From Camelus dromedarius (Eukaryota): a stretch of 64,000 bases of DNA. Below are positions 37,296 to 50,750 of this stretch, piece after piece; position 1 is the first letter of the stretch, and each line of letters opens with the position of its first letter. Under the pieces are notes generated by a model. It saw only the letters and a list, made by a program, of their open reading frames with translations, was not told the DNA's origin and searched no databases. The translations under genes and the position numbers were made by a program. The DNA lies in the NCBI RefSeq assembly GCF_036321535.1, contig NC_087436.1:111540001-111604000 (forward strand), read 5' to 3'.

Positions 37296-38556
37296 TAGAT
37301 TCTGGGAAGAATTGCTCTGGGAAATTTGAATCCATAACAGCTTAATTGGGGGGGGGGTCATTAGTTTTTTGGATCCCCTCTCTCAATTATCCAGGTTCCA
37401 AGGTGCTGATATTACGGGAATTTAGGTCAGTCATTGGCATGGGAGGCAGACAAAAGGCATCTTTCTCCTGAAATTGTACTGCATGGAGCTTAGGGGTGGA
37501 GGTGGAAGCCAGCCTTTCAGGGAGATGGTAAACCAAAGCCAGACAAACCACTGACATGAGCGACCCATCTCCAAGATGCTCGGCCAAGAGGGAGCAGGGA
37601 TAGGAAAATCACACAGTTTTAAATCCAAAGTGTTTCACTGAAATCCATTCACTCATTTTGTGATCTTGAGAGGGCCAAACGTTGCAAAGCTCAATTTTTT
37701 CATCTATAAAGACAGAGTCATGTTAGCACCCATCTTTCAGAGCTGATTTTGTAGATCAAATGGAATAATACACATAAATGTATTGTGTTAATGTCATTTT
37801 ATTAATAACTTAACTGATTGGTTAATATACAGGTAACTGTGATAGGTGTTTGGATGAGATTTTACAAACTAATCAAATAACCCATCTTCCAGGAAGACTT
37901 CTGAATCTCTCCCAGGGAATTAGTTGTTCTTTGTCTTCTATGTCCTCGTGTTGTCATTTCTGGCCTGTGTATCTCGCTCCCTCTTCCAGACTCTGAGGAC
38001 AGGTGTGTGTCTCATTCACCTCTTTATCCCTAACACGTAGCACAGTATCTGGCACATAATAGACCCTCAATAAGTGGAGTAATGAGACAAAGTAAAGATG
38101 TAGCAGTTCACAACCCAGCAGAGGAGAAAAGTGGTACCTGGATACTACTCTAGGCAGGTTGAAGATACTTAGAGAGACCAATAGCAGGGGAGAGCTGAGC
38201 AAAGAGAGACTGATTAGAGCCGTAGGGAGAGTTCAGGGAAGACTTTCTGAGGGAGGCAGAATTTGAGTTGAACCTTGAATGTTATTGCCTATCAACTGTG
38301 CTACAACATATTCAGATACAAGGTTTGCATATGGCGATATTTTTCTAGGAACTTCAAAATGTATCTCCATCCAATGTGCCTGATACTCAATGTGCATGAC
38401 TTTGCCTGGTTCAGTGAGTCCCAAGGGAACACTGTTAGAATTGCTGTGTGGTATTAAGAGACAATGCATATTCCAAAAGCTCTCTGTTGTTTCTCAAAGC
38501 TAACCACTGCAAACCTAGCACTGTACATTTGACGTGGGAAAAAAATACCCCAAACT

Positions 38557-39022
38557 CTATTAATTAGGGTAAAGGCTAACCAGCTGTAACCAAGAATATG
38601 ATCCCCCCAGATACAATGACATAAGGAAGACAAGTTTACTGTCCTCTCATGGAATGTCCCCAGGGTGAGCAGTAGAGGCTGGGGACCAGCTCTGCTTTGT
38701 GTGGCCATTTGAGGACCCTGGTCCTTTCTTTTTATTGTTATTGCTCTGCATTCCTTAGGGCTTTGTCCTCATCTGCACGGCCCCTCTGTGATGCAACTCA
38801 TGGGATGGGAAATAGAGGAACTGCAGGGCAAGTGGCTTGGAGATGGTGCAGAGTTGCTATTGGCATCCCATTGGTCCAAAGTTAATCATACACTCAGTAG
38901 ACGTAGCCAGCTGTACAGGAGCCTGGAAATGCAGTCATAGCCTGGCAATACCACTGCTTAAACCCCATTCCTACAGAAGAAGGAAGAGATGGGTTCTGGT
39001 GGATAGCCAAAAGTGTTTGCCG
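38557..39022 (-). mobile_element. Old MaLR LTR (MLT1I/J-like)
   Basis: attagggtaaaggctaaccagctgtaac...catcccattggtccaaagttaatcata...gcctggaaatgcagtc...tggtggatagcc. Confidence 0.6.
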
Positions 39023-39659
39023 AAGGAGGATCGCATACAAAAAAATCAGCCATTTACAAGAATAATCCAGGGAATTTTGGCAAATGTTTAATCAGTCCTT
39101 TACTGCAGGCTGAAGAAATACATATATTCCAAATGGTCTAGAATCCACAGGATGGTAGGGGTTCCAATGGCTTCACTAGTCCAGTTAAAGTTGGGAAGAT
39201 TTAGTCTTGATCTCTCTGAACCCATCCAGAAAGTCTTCCTTTTTCTCCCCTCTTCTCCCACACACCCTCTTGGCCATTTTCATCCTGTTTCTTCTTTCTT
39301 TAAGCTTCTACCTTCTCCCAGTGTCTTGCCTTAAATTTGGATTGTTAGTCCCTCCTTGCTTCACCTGGTCCCACTGCTGGGAAGGGGTTGGGGGCAGGGT
39401 GAGGGGCTCCATATCCTGCCATTGGAAGGGAAAGGGAAGAGGTCCTCACTCAGGCTTGGATTCAGGGCAGAGGGCCTCTAAGGCATGTCACCTCTTGCGC
39501 TGTGAGGGTCAACTCCTGCTGTGCAGTTCACCTAAAGAATTTGTGAGTCTCTCTACTCTGAGCAGAAGGCACAGTCCTCTCTCACAAACTTAGTCACTGA
39601 GGGTAACAGAGAAAAGGTGACAGAAAGAGGAGAGAAATGCCCACCCCACCACAATGGAA

Positions 39660-40340
39660 AGAACTGATGAATGAGTGATGAGTGAATCGGTGCATATGTG
39701 GAATTTTGGTCTTGCCTCCAGTTCCCTGTTGTGCAGGGATATAGCGGGGATGCAAATCAGATGTGGTCCCTCCTCCTGGGGGGTTTCCAGTCTGGTACTG
39801 TAGAGAGCCCTTGAATCAATCATTCCGAGTGGACTGAATTTTACGAGGGTAGAAATGCAAGGGGCTTGGACACCTGTAAGGGGTGACTGGGTGAGTACAG
39901 GCTCATCTTTTAAAGTAAGGCTCAGGCTGAGACTTAAATGACATGAAAGAGTTAAATAGCTGCAGAGTGAGTAGGGTGGAGGATGGGCAAGAGAGAAGGG
40001 CCTTGAGGATCAGAGAAAAGCATCGTGAGAATCCTGAGGCAAGAGAGAGAGTGGTCCCCTAATGGAACCCAGAGATGTTCAGTGCGGCTGGAGAGCAGGA
40101 AGTGGTGGGGTGAGGGCAGCGCTGCGCCCCCGCCATGTAATTCTCTCCAAGGAGTTTGAACTGATTCTGAGGGCAAGAGGAAACGACAGAAGAATTTTAA
40201 GTAGTCAAGTGATATGAATAGATTTGCACTTTAAAAGAAATCCATCTGGAATCAGAGTGGAGAATAAATTGGTGGAGGGAAGGGGAAAGGGCGAAGTAGA
40301 AACCATTGCAGTGAACTCAGACTGAGAGGGTGGCAGTGAG
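39660..40340 (-). mobile_element. L2 LINE fragment
   Basis: tggtccctcctcctgggggtttccagtctggt...ggctgagacttaaatgacatgaaagagtt...gaagaattttaagtagtcaagtgatatgaatagatttgcactttaaaag. Confidence 0.7.
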
Positions 40341-41059
40341 TGGTGGGCGTGCAGAGAACGGAGTGGGGGCTTTGGTGTTCGGTCCTCTGGTTCTGTCCAG
40401 AGGATGCATCGGAGGATAAAAAGCTGAAAGAGGGTGCCCAGAGGATCTAGTTTATGGAGAGATCAGGTCTTAAGACCCTAAGCTCTAGCCTACACTGTCT
40501 CTCCCAAGCAGCGGCTGCTCTTCTTGTGACAACTGGTGACAATGGGTTGTTATAGATGAAGAAACTGAGGTTATGAGGGGTTAAATAATTAGCTCAACAT
40601 CAAATAGTTGGAGGGGGCTGATCAGGACTCAAACGAAGGCAAGAAGACTCAAAAAGCCCACATCCTTCTCCGTCACAGCAGTGTCTGGGTAGAAGCCCGG
40701 GGGCTGGGCTGCCTCTGGGTCAGCTGTGGACACATCCTCTCTTGTGCTGTGAAGACCGACTCCAGACTAGTTATGCTCAAGGAGTTTGTGGTTCCTTCCT
40801 TCTAAGTTACAAGCAAATTCCCTCTTACAGACTTTGTTTCTGGAGGTAGAGGAAGAGTGATAGAAAGGGGAGAGATGTGCCTACCCCACCAAAATGGAAA
40901 CTATGGCTGTCCTGGGATTTGGAGAGTGAACAGGACCCAGCAAAGAAATTAGGAGTTGATGTAACAAGAGAGATGAGAAGGGAAGAAATCTCACCCTGAG
41001 TCTAGAGAACCATGACCCTTTCCATTCTTCACTGCCCTCCGATCCGACCATGCGGCAGA

Positions 41060-41275
41060 ACAGAGAGCAGGATTTGGAATCCAGGCAGTCCAGGATGGGA
41101 ATCTAGCCTCTGCTTAGTAGTGGCTCTGGGGTTTTCAGCCATTTATATAAGCTTCCTGAGGCTCAGTGTCTTTATCTGTAAAATGGGGGTATCGATACCC
41201 ACATTAAGGGTTTTGAGGTAGACTGATGAAGAACATATATGGAAAGAGCTGGTCAAAGCAACTGGTACATAGTCT
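41060..41275 (+). mobile_element. MIR SINE
   Basis: ttggaatccaggcagtcc...cctgaggctcagtgtctttatctgtaaaatggggg. Confidence 0.75.
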
Positions 41276-41304
41276 GTACTGAGGGCTATGGGTTCCCTCA
41301 TTTC

Positions 41305-41435
41305 CAAGGTGATCATTTAATTTATCATCCAATGGGGACACTTGTAAGACTGAAAGGAGATGTTATAATAATTACACCAGGACAACAGTTGAAAACTGAA
41401 ACTGTCCCGGCGAACTGGGACATATGGGCAGCCTG
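41305..41435. mobile_element. MER94-like hAT-Blackjack MITE
   Basis: aaggtgatcatttaatttatcatccaatggggacact...aactgtcccggcgaactgggacatatgggcagcct. Confidence 0.75.
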
Positions 41436-42266
41436 TTCACATCCACTCTCACCAGAAGCCACTCACATCGCTGCTACACAAATTCTATCTGCACCCAGAT
41501 TTCTGCTCTGAGTCTGCCAGAATTCTATGTTCTTTAAGGTCATTCATTCATTCATTCAGTAAAATAATGCTAGGTCCGATGGCAAGTGCAAAGGAGGCAG
41601 TAGTCACAATCCCCAGTGCACAGTACTTCTGGAGGAGCTCAAAGTTTGAGGGAGGAGCCAGGCAGTGACATCACACTGTGATCACTGCAATCTTAGGGGT
41701 GATGGTGATGTGTCTGGAGGTGGGACATAGATTCACGGAATTCAGGGTTGGAGTTGCCCCTTGAGATTTATCACATTTTCTTCATTTGACAAGCAAGGAT
41801 ACTGAAACCCAGAGAGGGAAACCAACTTAATTAAAGTCATCCAGCTAATTAGGGTTCACATGGGAGAGTAAAGCCCCAATTTCATCCTGATGCAGGACAC
41901 ACAGGATATTGTGACACTGCCCAACCAGAGCTCCTTGCTGGGCTCTGTCTAGTGTCTCTCCCATCTCATCCTCCACTGGGAGCTCTGGACCATCCCTTCC
42001 CCCCTGCTCACCACCTCTCTTCATGATCCTCTCTTCAATGTGTTTGGTTGGGTACCATCGGGGATGCAGACATGAGTCAAAGAACTTCTAGTCCTTAAGG
42101 GAGATGGATAAATAAATAACAAATGAAAAAAAAAAAAACCCAGAAAGAAGAAATTGTTCACTGGAGGTAAAAGCAATGTGCATTTGTAGTTTAAGGTGAT
42201 TAATTCTGGCGGAGGGATGGGAGATGGCTTCTTTTGGAAGATGGCATTGAAACTGAGCCAAGACAC

Positions 42267-42510
42267 ATTATTTTTTAATCTTTTTTCATTTTTAAGTTCT
42301 CTCTCTCTATATATACACACACACATATTCTTTTTCATATTCTTTTTCAGTATAGGCCATTACAAGGTATTGAATATAATTCCCTGTGCTATACAATAGG
42401 ACCTTGTTTTTTATTATATATATAGTACTTAGTATCTACAAATCCTGAACTCCCAATATATCTCTCCCCACCTCCCTTCCCCCTTGGTAACCATAAGTTT
42501 GTGTTCTCTG
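42267..42510 (-). mobile_element. Young L1 3' end with internal deletion
   Basis: tattctttttcatattc...ttgaatataattccctgtgctatacaatagg...ggtaaccataagtttg; TSD core gccaagacac at 42257-42266 and 42511-42520. Confidence 0.88.
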
Positions 42511-43161
42511 GCCAAGACACTTATTAGAAACTTTTTCCATTGGTAGAGAAATGGAAAGTCAGGTCAAGACTAGCATGAGTGAAAGCACAGAGAATGAAAA
42601 CACATTTCACATTTATGTGATTATTACGTGTGGTGCAGGGGCAGGCAGGCTGCACCAGGAGTGGTATTAAAGCTAGTTCACAGCTGTTGGTGTGGCACTG
42701 ACCAGCCAGGATGCATGCAGTCTCTAAACAATCAGGATGGCTGTTCCCATTCTGAGGACCAGTTCTGCTCACTTCATTAGGCTGTTGTGAAAATCAAGTG
42801 AGACTGTGCTTGTGAATCATTCAGAACAGGACTTAGCACATTGCAAACACTCGATAAATCTTGGCAAATCAGAGAATTTAGGGTAGAATAAGAACATAGT
42901 TCAAAAAGGAGAGGTCAGATGGGAGCGATGACATGGAGTAGATTCTAAAGGGACTGACATTCAGGATATAGCTCCATGTAAGGACAAGAAGTTAGGATTT
43001 AGGGTCCAGCAGATCCAGGTTTGAATTTCTTCTTCCTGCTTGGTGACTAATTTGTGATGCAACTTTAGGCATATTCCTTAACCTCTTTGAGCTGGAATTC
43101 TCACAAATAAACAAGATTTAAAAAAATCTACAGGAAGTAGAGTAGTTGTAAAGACCATGCA

Positions 43162-43545
43162 TTACGGACTGAACGTTTGTGTCCTCTCAGAATTCAGATG
43201 TTAAGATCCTAACCCCTAATGTGATAGTATTAGGGGGTGGGGGTCTTTGGGAGGTAATTGGGTCACAATTATGGCACCCACAAGACTGGGGTTGGAAGGG
43301 ACAGGAGAGCTCTCTCTCTCTCTCCATCCTCTCTCTCTCCATTTCTCTCTCTCTCTGCTCTCCACCATGTGAGGATACAATGAGAAGATGACATCTGTAA
43401 ATCAGGAAGAGGGCTCTCATCAGATACCCCATCAGCCTGCACCCTAATCTTGGACTTCCCAACCTCCAGAACTGTGAGAAATAAATGTTCGTTGTTTAAG
43501 CTACAGTCTGTGGCAATTTGTTATAGCAGCCTGAGCTGAGACATC
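43162..43545 (+). mobile_element. MaLR solo LTR (MLT1A-like)
   Basis: ggactgaacgtttgtgtcc...cctaacccctaatgtgatagtattagg...cctccagaactgtgagaaataaatg...ttgttatagcagcctgagctgagaca. Confidence 0.9.
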
Positions 43546-46500
43546 ATGTTAACGATGCCTAGGAAGGACCAGCCTCCGTGGGTTCACGCGTATTTATAGA
43601 AGGTGACTTCTCTCACTGTGGAGTAGCTTACTCCTTATTTACAAGAGGATCTGATTTGGTTGGGGTCTCTGTTTTCTCTTCTCCACTATGTCTGGGAAGA
43701 TACTTCTTCCCAGATGGAAGCTTGAAATGGACCTTAAAAATATCTTAATGTGTCACAGTGGAGTAGATCATTGTGATATTAAATATATTTTTCCTTAGTT
43801 TATTGTTCCCAAGATGTTGGGTTTTCAGTTGATATTTTTTGTGTGTTATTATAAAATGACACATGTCAGGCTTAGACCCAGGGAATGCATGTGGTGGCTA
43901 CTAATTTCTTTGTTACCTAAAATGGTGCAGGGAAGAACAAAGGTCCATTGGCGGCATTAAACTTGTGCTTTTTTTTTCCAGTGCTGCTGGTTGCCTAGCA
44001 AGGTGTGGGTGGGATGCATGTATGCTGAGCTCCCAGGATGGTTAAAACTAGAGGAGACTGATTCTAGTGCAGGAGGTGAGGGGATGTGGGCAGCTAATCT
44101 TGCCTGAGTGTGAGATTTGAAATGTGAGAGATTTCAGGTCGAATACAGGCTCTGAAAAATGTATGTCCTTGGGCAGGTGCCTTTGTGTATCTGAGGAACT
44201 GAGTGTAAACATGGCATGAGATGGGTGGTGAAGAGAAGGAAAGATTGGGCCACATTGGAAAGAATGTGCTGCCTCAAAGGACCAAAGTAATGTCTACATC
44301 TCAACATCATGTTTCAGCATCCCAGAGAAAAGAGTCCTTTGTGACTTCCAGGATGTCTGAACTGGCTTAATTAGCTAGGATTTGAAACTGTTTTTTAGGC
44401 TCCAAAGCTGAAGTTCTAGGTTTCTTTTTCTGAACTATTTTATGCTTTATCATTTTGGCATGTTTATTCATGAGTTCCCTTACTAGGGATACCTTCATCT
44501 TTGCATGTTTAAATCTTATGAATCTTTCAAAACCAGCTCAAATGCTACCTTTTCCAAAAAAAAACCTCATCTTTTTTCCCCTCTTTGTTTGTTTTTATTT
44601 TTATTTTTTTGCTAGATTACATGAGTTAGCTTCCCTGCTAACTCTATAAGCTCCCAGGTAAGCTCACCTCTGTGTCTTCCATAGCAATTGGGATGGTACA
44701 ATGCTCATGATAGGTGTCTTATGCTTGTTTGTTGGATTGCTGAATGTTTACAGAGAGAAAGGCTATTTGTTGAAAGGATTCAGGGAGGGAAGAAATGCAA
44801 GACAGTGTCTAGGAAGACGGTGAAGATCTGAAAAGTAGGTTTAAGATGCTGCCTGTTGAAATATTTGGTCATTAGATTTCTCATTCATATAATGTTCAAA
44901 AGAGGAGATCATGCTTCTGCATGATAATTCTATTTGCTTTAATGTTTGTTTTTGTCGTTGCCAAGGCCAAGTGGATCACTGTTATATTTACTTCCTAATA
45001 ATGAGGACTTGCTTGTTTTTGACTTCTTACTGTGGTGATCAGAATCTCTGATCATACTTTGAATAATTTGAAATGAAGCAGTCAGGGCAGAAGAGCAGGA
45101 CCTGTCTAAGAAATATTTGCCATGATTTTCTTAAGCTTTTTTTTTTTTTTTTGGTTTGTTATAATATGAGCAAAATAATTAGAATCCTTAGTGAAAGCAA
45201 AGGCCAGAATTAAGAATAAAAGAAAGCAGATTTGGATTGAAACTAAACCTAGGTGAGATGAATATTGAAAGTGAAAGTAAAACCCAAAGAAAGGATACGT
45301 CTTGCATGGTGTGTATACTGAGAATAATAGATTCAAGATGCATTACTTGGTGGTAGTCAGTAATTCATTACTTTATTTAATAAAAGCAATTCCATTTTTG
45401 CAGATATTCTATTTTTTTTTGGTACACGCACATTCCTAAGAACATGTATGCACTAACCTCAGATGTGTAACAGATACAGACATTCATGCTAGGGTGGGAG
45501 CTCCATTCCAGAGAGCCTAACACACCATAAGATTCCTAATTACATCTTCACTTTTCGTTGCAATCTTCAACAGTATATTATTAATGATCTTTTTGTATGT
45601 TAATTTTTCATTTCTTTCCCTTTGCAAATAATCGAATGTCTGGTTGACCCAAGCTAAGATCATCAAACATTGAATTGAAGCCAAGCTTTGCTGCTTTGGA
45701 TGTGCTTAAAGATTTCCATCTTAATTTTGATTGCAACATGTTCATGAGGCTTATGCTTTCTATCACTTGTGTCAAGACTTTAATTTTTCCAATTTATCCT
45801 GATTTTTATTAAAAAGTAGGGAAAAAAATAAAACAATGTTTTTTTTTTGAGACAAACAGTGAAACTCTCTTCAAATAGAATCACCCCAGAGTCCAAGTTT
45901 ATAAAACATATAGAACAGAGCAATCGTGATTAAAATCAGGAGAGGGACACAGGGACCTCAGACGCACCTCAGTGGGCTCCCCAGAACCCTGTTTAGTGAT
46001 CTTTGCAATACTATATCCATATTTATGCATTAAACACTATTGTGCACCCAAGATGGTGACGTTGTCAGGCAGAAATTTAGCAAGTCCTACTATTAAACAG
46101 TTCAAAGTGTTCATTTGTCAATGCACAGAGGAAAGTCTTTCTTGGGTCTGTCAAAGGCAGTTTATGGTGTCAGGACATGGTGTATGGAATGCAGGTTGTC
46201 TGAAAGTTTTGGAAGTGGATGACTGCACTGTGCTGGTCTGGAACCACCTGTCCATGTGCAGTCTTAAGACAACTCTGTCTTCTCCTTCCTCTGACAGGTG
46301 TTCTGCCAACCCCTTGCCCTGAGTTCCCATCCTTCTACTCACCTGTTGTTGGCTCTGAAATAGCATTCCTATCCCCTGTTCTCTCTGGCACCTTAAGCTA
46401 CTTCATAGGTATGGAATGAAGACATTGATGCTTGAAGGAGTTAAAGTTCTTAAGGCCTGTGTGGTATGTGACCAGTTAGACCTTCAACACCAACCGTGCA

Positions 46501-46949
46501 CCCATTGTTACGTTGGAATTGCTATGACGTCAGGAGTTTCCCCAAGCCTTTACTCTGTTCATTTGGAAAGTTATTTCTTTGTTCACATCCATTTGTTTTT
46601 TTCACTCACCGTACATTAGCTGAATTCCTGATGCAGGTGAAGCACTGTGCTAAATGTTGTGAACCCTCCACCACATTTAAATGCCTATGCAAACAGTACC
46701 TCCTCCATGAACTTTTCCTCCTTCCAACATGTAATACCAGGGCTCCTGGCTCTGGCTGGTGTCCTGTACATAACTATAAGTGGACATTTATTACAAACTA
46801 CAATTTGGCCATTTACAGGACTGTATCTCCTGCTTGTATATGACCTTCTCAAGGAAAGGGCTTGTCTTAATCATTTTTGTCTCACTCAACACAGTGTGAT
46901 TTGCACATATCAGGCCATCTATATAGGGAATGAAGGAAGGGAATCTGTG

Positions 46950-47484
46950 TGTGTGGTGGACACAGCCTACAGGGGCCTCCAATGCATATCCCCTCCCCCA
47001 GAGTGTGGGTAGGACCTGTGACTTGCTTCTAGACAACAGAAAATGTGATGTGACAGTCATTCCCATCATTGTTATGTTACAGAAGACTCTAAGCAAATGG
47101 GAGTAAGAGATACTTCTGCTGGCTCTGAAGAAGTACCCTGTAATTTGTAGGAGGGCCTATGGTGGGATCCCTGTGGCAAGGAACTGAGGGTGGCCTCTTG
47201 AAGCTATGACAGCAAACAAGAAAACATGGGTTCAAGCCACAAACCTGCAAGGAAATAAAATCTGACAATAACCTGAGTGAGTTTGAAAGTAGACTCTTCC
47301 CCAGGCAAACCTCCAAATAAGAATGAAGCTCAACAGATGTCTTGATTGGAGATTTGAGACCCTGAGTGGAGGGCCAAGATAAACCATACCTGGACTCCTG
47401 ATGGAAACTACAACATGATGAATAGACATTGTTCTAAGCTGCTAAGTTTGCGGTCATCTGTTATGCAGGAATAGAAAATAGATA
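46950..47484 (+). mobile_element. MaLR solo LTR (MLT1E/F-like)
   Basis: gagtgtgggtaggacctgtgacttgcttcta...tggcaaggaactgagggtggcctct...taagctgctaagtttgcggtc...gcaggaatagaaaatagatac. Confidence 0.85.
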
Positions 47485-47494
47485 CCCTGGGAGA

Positions 47495-48560
47495 GGGTGT
47501 TTAGTAGGAATTTTTACTGTGGTTGCAAAATAGGTAACCAAAGTCCAGAGTAGGGGACAAAGATACAGTGTTTTCCTCCATCTAAAGAGAGCTGTCAACA
47601 TTTCCCAAATTTGAGCAAGAGAGAACCTCCCCATAACCACTCCTTGGTTCTTCACCCAGTCTGTGAAGGAGAATACCAGGGAGGAAGAAGGAAGAGGGTC
47701 TTTGGGGTTTTCAGGCTGAAGGAAGTGTTCAGGTAAGAAGTGACTACCTCATCCCTCTCCCCTCCAAGTCAAGTGATAGGGGTGACCAGAGAGTCCCTTG
47801 TGGGATAGGGGCCGCTCACCAGAAGCAGTGACAATCATCTCAGTCATTAGTCACACCTGTACTTATGTAGTGTTTCTGACTCTTGGGTAGAAGAAAAAGG
47901 AGTGGGAGTGAGTTGGCAAAGCTTAAGAAAGGCTGGCACCTGGGCAATCAGCACTGTTGTCACTTGGCATACCCAGAATGGTGAGTGTCCTGGAGGCTAA
48001 GTGGATGCTGCAGAACATACTGGAATTGGTCCACTCAGGCTGTTTACTAGGTAGGGAGACGGCAACACCAGTCGGATCTGAATGGGAGACGGAAGAGGCC
48101 AATCCGATTTCCCATGGAAGGGATCTGTACTTTGTCAAGCCTTCACGGGGCCCCGGAGGAAGCCACACAGAGGAGTCGGAACATAGATGCTCACTATATA
48201 AAGGGCATCAGTGGTCCAAAGCAGTGGATGTCAAGAGAAGACTCAGACACATCTAATTGAGTAAGGAGACTTTGCCCCTCTCCTATTCCTCCCATCTCTT
48301 CGTTATTCCCAACTATTGAGGAACTAAGAGCTTGTCTTGAGTAAGAAGGGGAGGAAGTGAAAAATCAGACTGAACACCCTCCCACTCAAATCCTCTCAAA
48401 GCACGTGTCCAGCCCATGAGATAAATGGGGTTAACTTGATATCTGAGATGAAACTGAAGTTTTATAACAGAAAGAACTTTTAATTACTGAAAGCAACCAT
48501 GAAGTCACGTTTTCTGCCCAAGTGTCATCGAGGGATGGGAGAGAGGGATTCAACAGAGTA
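47495..48560 (+). mobile_element. Probable old ERV1-type LTR (LTR78-like)
   Basis: 3' part gaaagaacttttaattactgaaagcaaccatgaagtcacgttttctgcccaagtgtcatcgagggatggga resembles the recalled LTR78 consensus. Confidence 0.45.
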
Positions 48561-49669
48561 TGCCTGAAAGCAGAGCTTGGGAAAGAGAATGATTGTGTTG
48601 TGTCTGTGACCCCAATGAGTTAAGACTCCCTAATACACTTAGGTATGCCTTCAGTGAATTCACAGGTGACTGGGGGAGATATAATAAAGTCAGAAGTAAC
48701 TTAACACATACTAGAGAGGATGAGAATGAATGTACCATATCAAGTGTTCTGGGAATTTAGAGGAGAGATGGACTTTTCTTGTTGAGAGACAAAGGCATCA
48801 CATATTGTCCATAAATTTTCTTTGATGTCATCTCAACAATGATGATATGTGTTTGAATGCACAAAGTTCTCCATGGCTAACATCCCAGAATTATAAAGGA
48901 TGTTGGACTCCCTTTGTTTCATTTATTTTCTATATTGATGGAGTTTTACAGGATTGGACTTTGCACAATTGGCTGAGTACCAAGCTGAAAAGCCCGAGTT
49001 ATACTCTAGCTTTTCTTCCACTGTTAAGAAGTGGCCATTTAAAGTAACAGCTTAAACTGTCTTTTCTCTCCCCTTGTCCTCTCAAATGTAACCTTATTCA
49101 GGATGGAAAAAAGCAGAAATGTAGTATGTTCTTGATGGTACAGTAATTCAAAATAATAATGAACTTGATCCTTTTCTTATAGCTGTGTTTTAATGTTGGG
49201 TCCTGGAAAATAAGGAAATATGAGTCAAAATATGATAGAGTCTAGTTGACAAGGATGTTAGAATTTATTTAACAGAATTTAAGGAAACTAGTGACAGCAA
49301 AAATTGAGAGGAGGGGATGGATTTCTGAGTTCTTCAGGACCTGATTCTTGGATGTGGGGGTCGGTGAGGGAGAAAGGGGAATGGGGTCGATATTGAAATT
49401 CTACCTTGGGCATCTGGGTGTAATCATGGACTCAGGAAGTACTGGAGGAGGAGCAAAATTTAGGAAGAAAGTGCTGCATTCTGTTTTAAATTCCCTGTAA
49501 AGGTTGGCTGAAATCATGAAAGCCATGCTCTTTGAACTCAGGGAATGTCTCCCAAGATTATGAAGCGGAGATGGTTTAGTCTTGGTGGATTTTTCTGCTT
49601 TGTCAGGTTGAATATCAAACTACCACAAAGTGTGCAAAGGCAAAATGGGCATGGGTGTGGGCGCATGTG

Positions 49670-50750
49670 TGAGTGCATTCAAAAATAGTCACTGTTTGTC
49701 TACTGGGTGCCAGGCACTGTTCTGGGGCTGGGAGGTAGACTGGTGAAGCAATGGACATGGTCCCTGCCCTCATGGAGCTTATATCTGCGTGGAGACCTGA
49801 GACGATAAACAAATATAAGGGAATCAAGGGAAATATAAAGCTAAGTTCCATTCTCTGCAGAGATTAAATGGCCCGTTGTGCTAGAGAGTGATGGGGCTAT
49901 TTTGGATTGGATGTTGTAGTCATTGCTTCTGCTTGTCTCTTAATAGCCATTCCTTCCCCAGTCCTGGCCCCCCTCCTTGTACTTGCTGGCACAACTTCAA
50001 TTTTCCCTGGCTGCTTACCCTCTGGTCCTCTTAGGGAATGTGATCCTTCTCCAGACCCCTCCTTAATACCAGTCATGATCGTCTCTTCCTTCTTGCCAGT
50101 GATTAGTTTTGGAAAAGCGGGTCCTGGCCAATGGGATCGAAGAGTTGCCAGGGAGACCTCGAGTGAAGGTTTTTCTACTAAAAGGAGCTGCTGTCTGTCT
50201 TCTTCACTGAACACCATTGTGTCCTCCTGTGATGTCTGGAGCAGTTCCCAGTGACCCTGAAGGGAGCATTGCTGACCTACTGAAGATAGCAGAGTAAAAA
50301 GTTGGAAAGGACCTGGATCTTCGATGAAGACCTAGTTCTGCTGAATTATTCAGCGTCGGAATTAGCCTGCCTCTATGCTACGCGTTGTGTGAGTTATTAC
50401 AGCTTTGTTTCAGCTATTTCTGGTTGGGTCCTCTTTGTCACTTGTTACTGAAGGCATCCTAATGGGTATGTGTGGGTCAGGGAAGGACATGTTGAGAAGA
50501 CGACTTTCAAGTTGACATATGAATGTCATGAAGGAGCTGAGTTATGTAAAGAGCTGGGGGACGAGAGCCTTTCAGGCAGTGGGATCAGCAAATACAGATG
50601 CCCAAATGTGGGAACAAGCATTGTATATTTGAGGAAAAGGGAGCAGGCCACTAAGGTGGTGTGGTTAGTGATGGGAACATAAATGGAGAGTGGTCAGAGC
50701 GTAGGACATTACAACCTACATAAGGAGCTAGGATTCTTTTTTATTGTAGT
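49670..50750 (-). mobile_element. L2 LINE fragment split by an MLT1 LTR
   Basis: tgtctactgggtgccaggcactgttctggggctggga...catggtccctgccctcatggagctta; resumes after the LTR with ggtcagggaagg...gttgacatatgaatg. Confidence 0.72.
49912..50468 (+). mobile_element. Old MaLR LTR (MLT1J/K-like) nested in L2
   Basis: ctgaagatagcagagtaaaaagttggaaaggacctggatcttcgatga...ctggttgggtc...tcacttgttactgaaggcatcctaa; flanks rejoin as a continuous L2. Confidence 0.7.

Noticed and set aside
19788..46612. Isolated minus-strand consensus donors GTGAGT (~19795, ~30933, ~46608)
   Set aside because: No paired acceptors or coding frames I can support; such hexamers are expected by chance in 64 kb.
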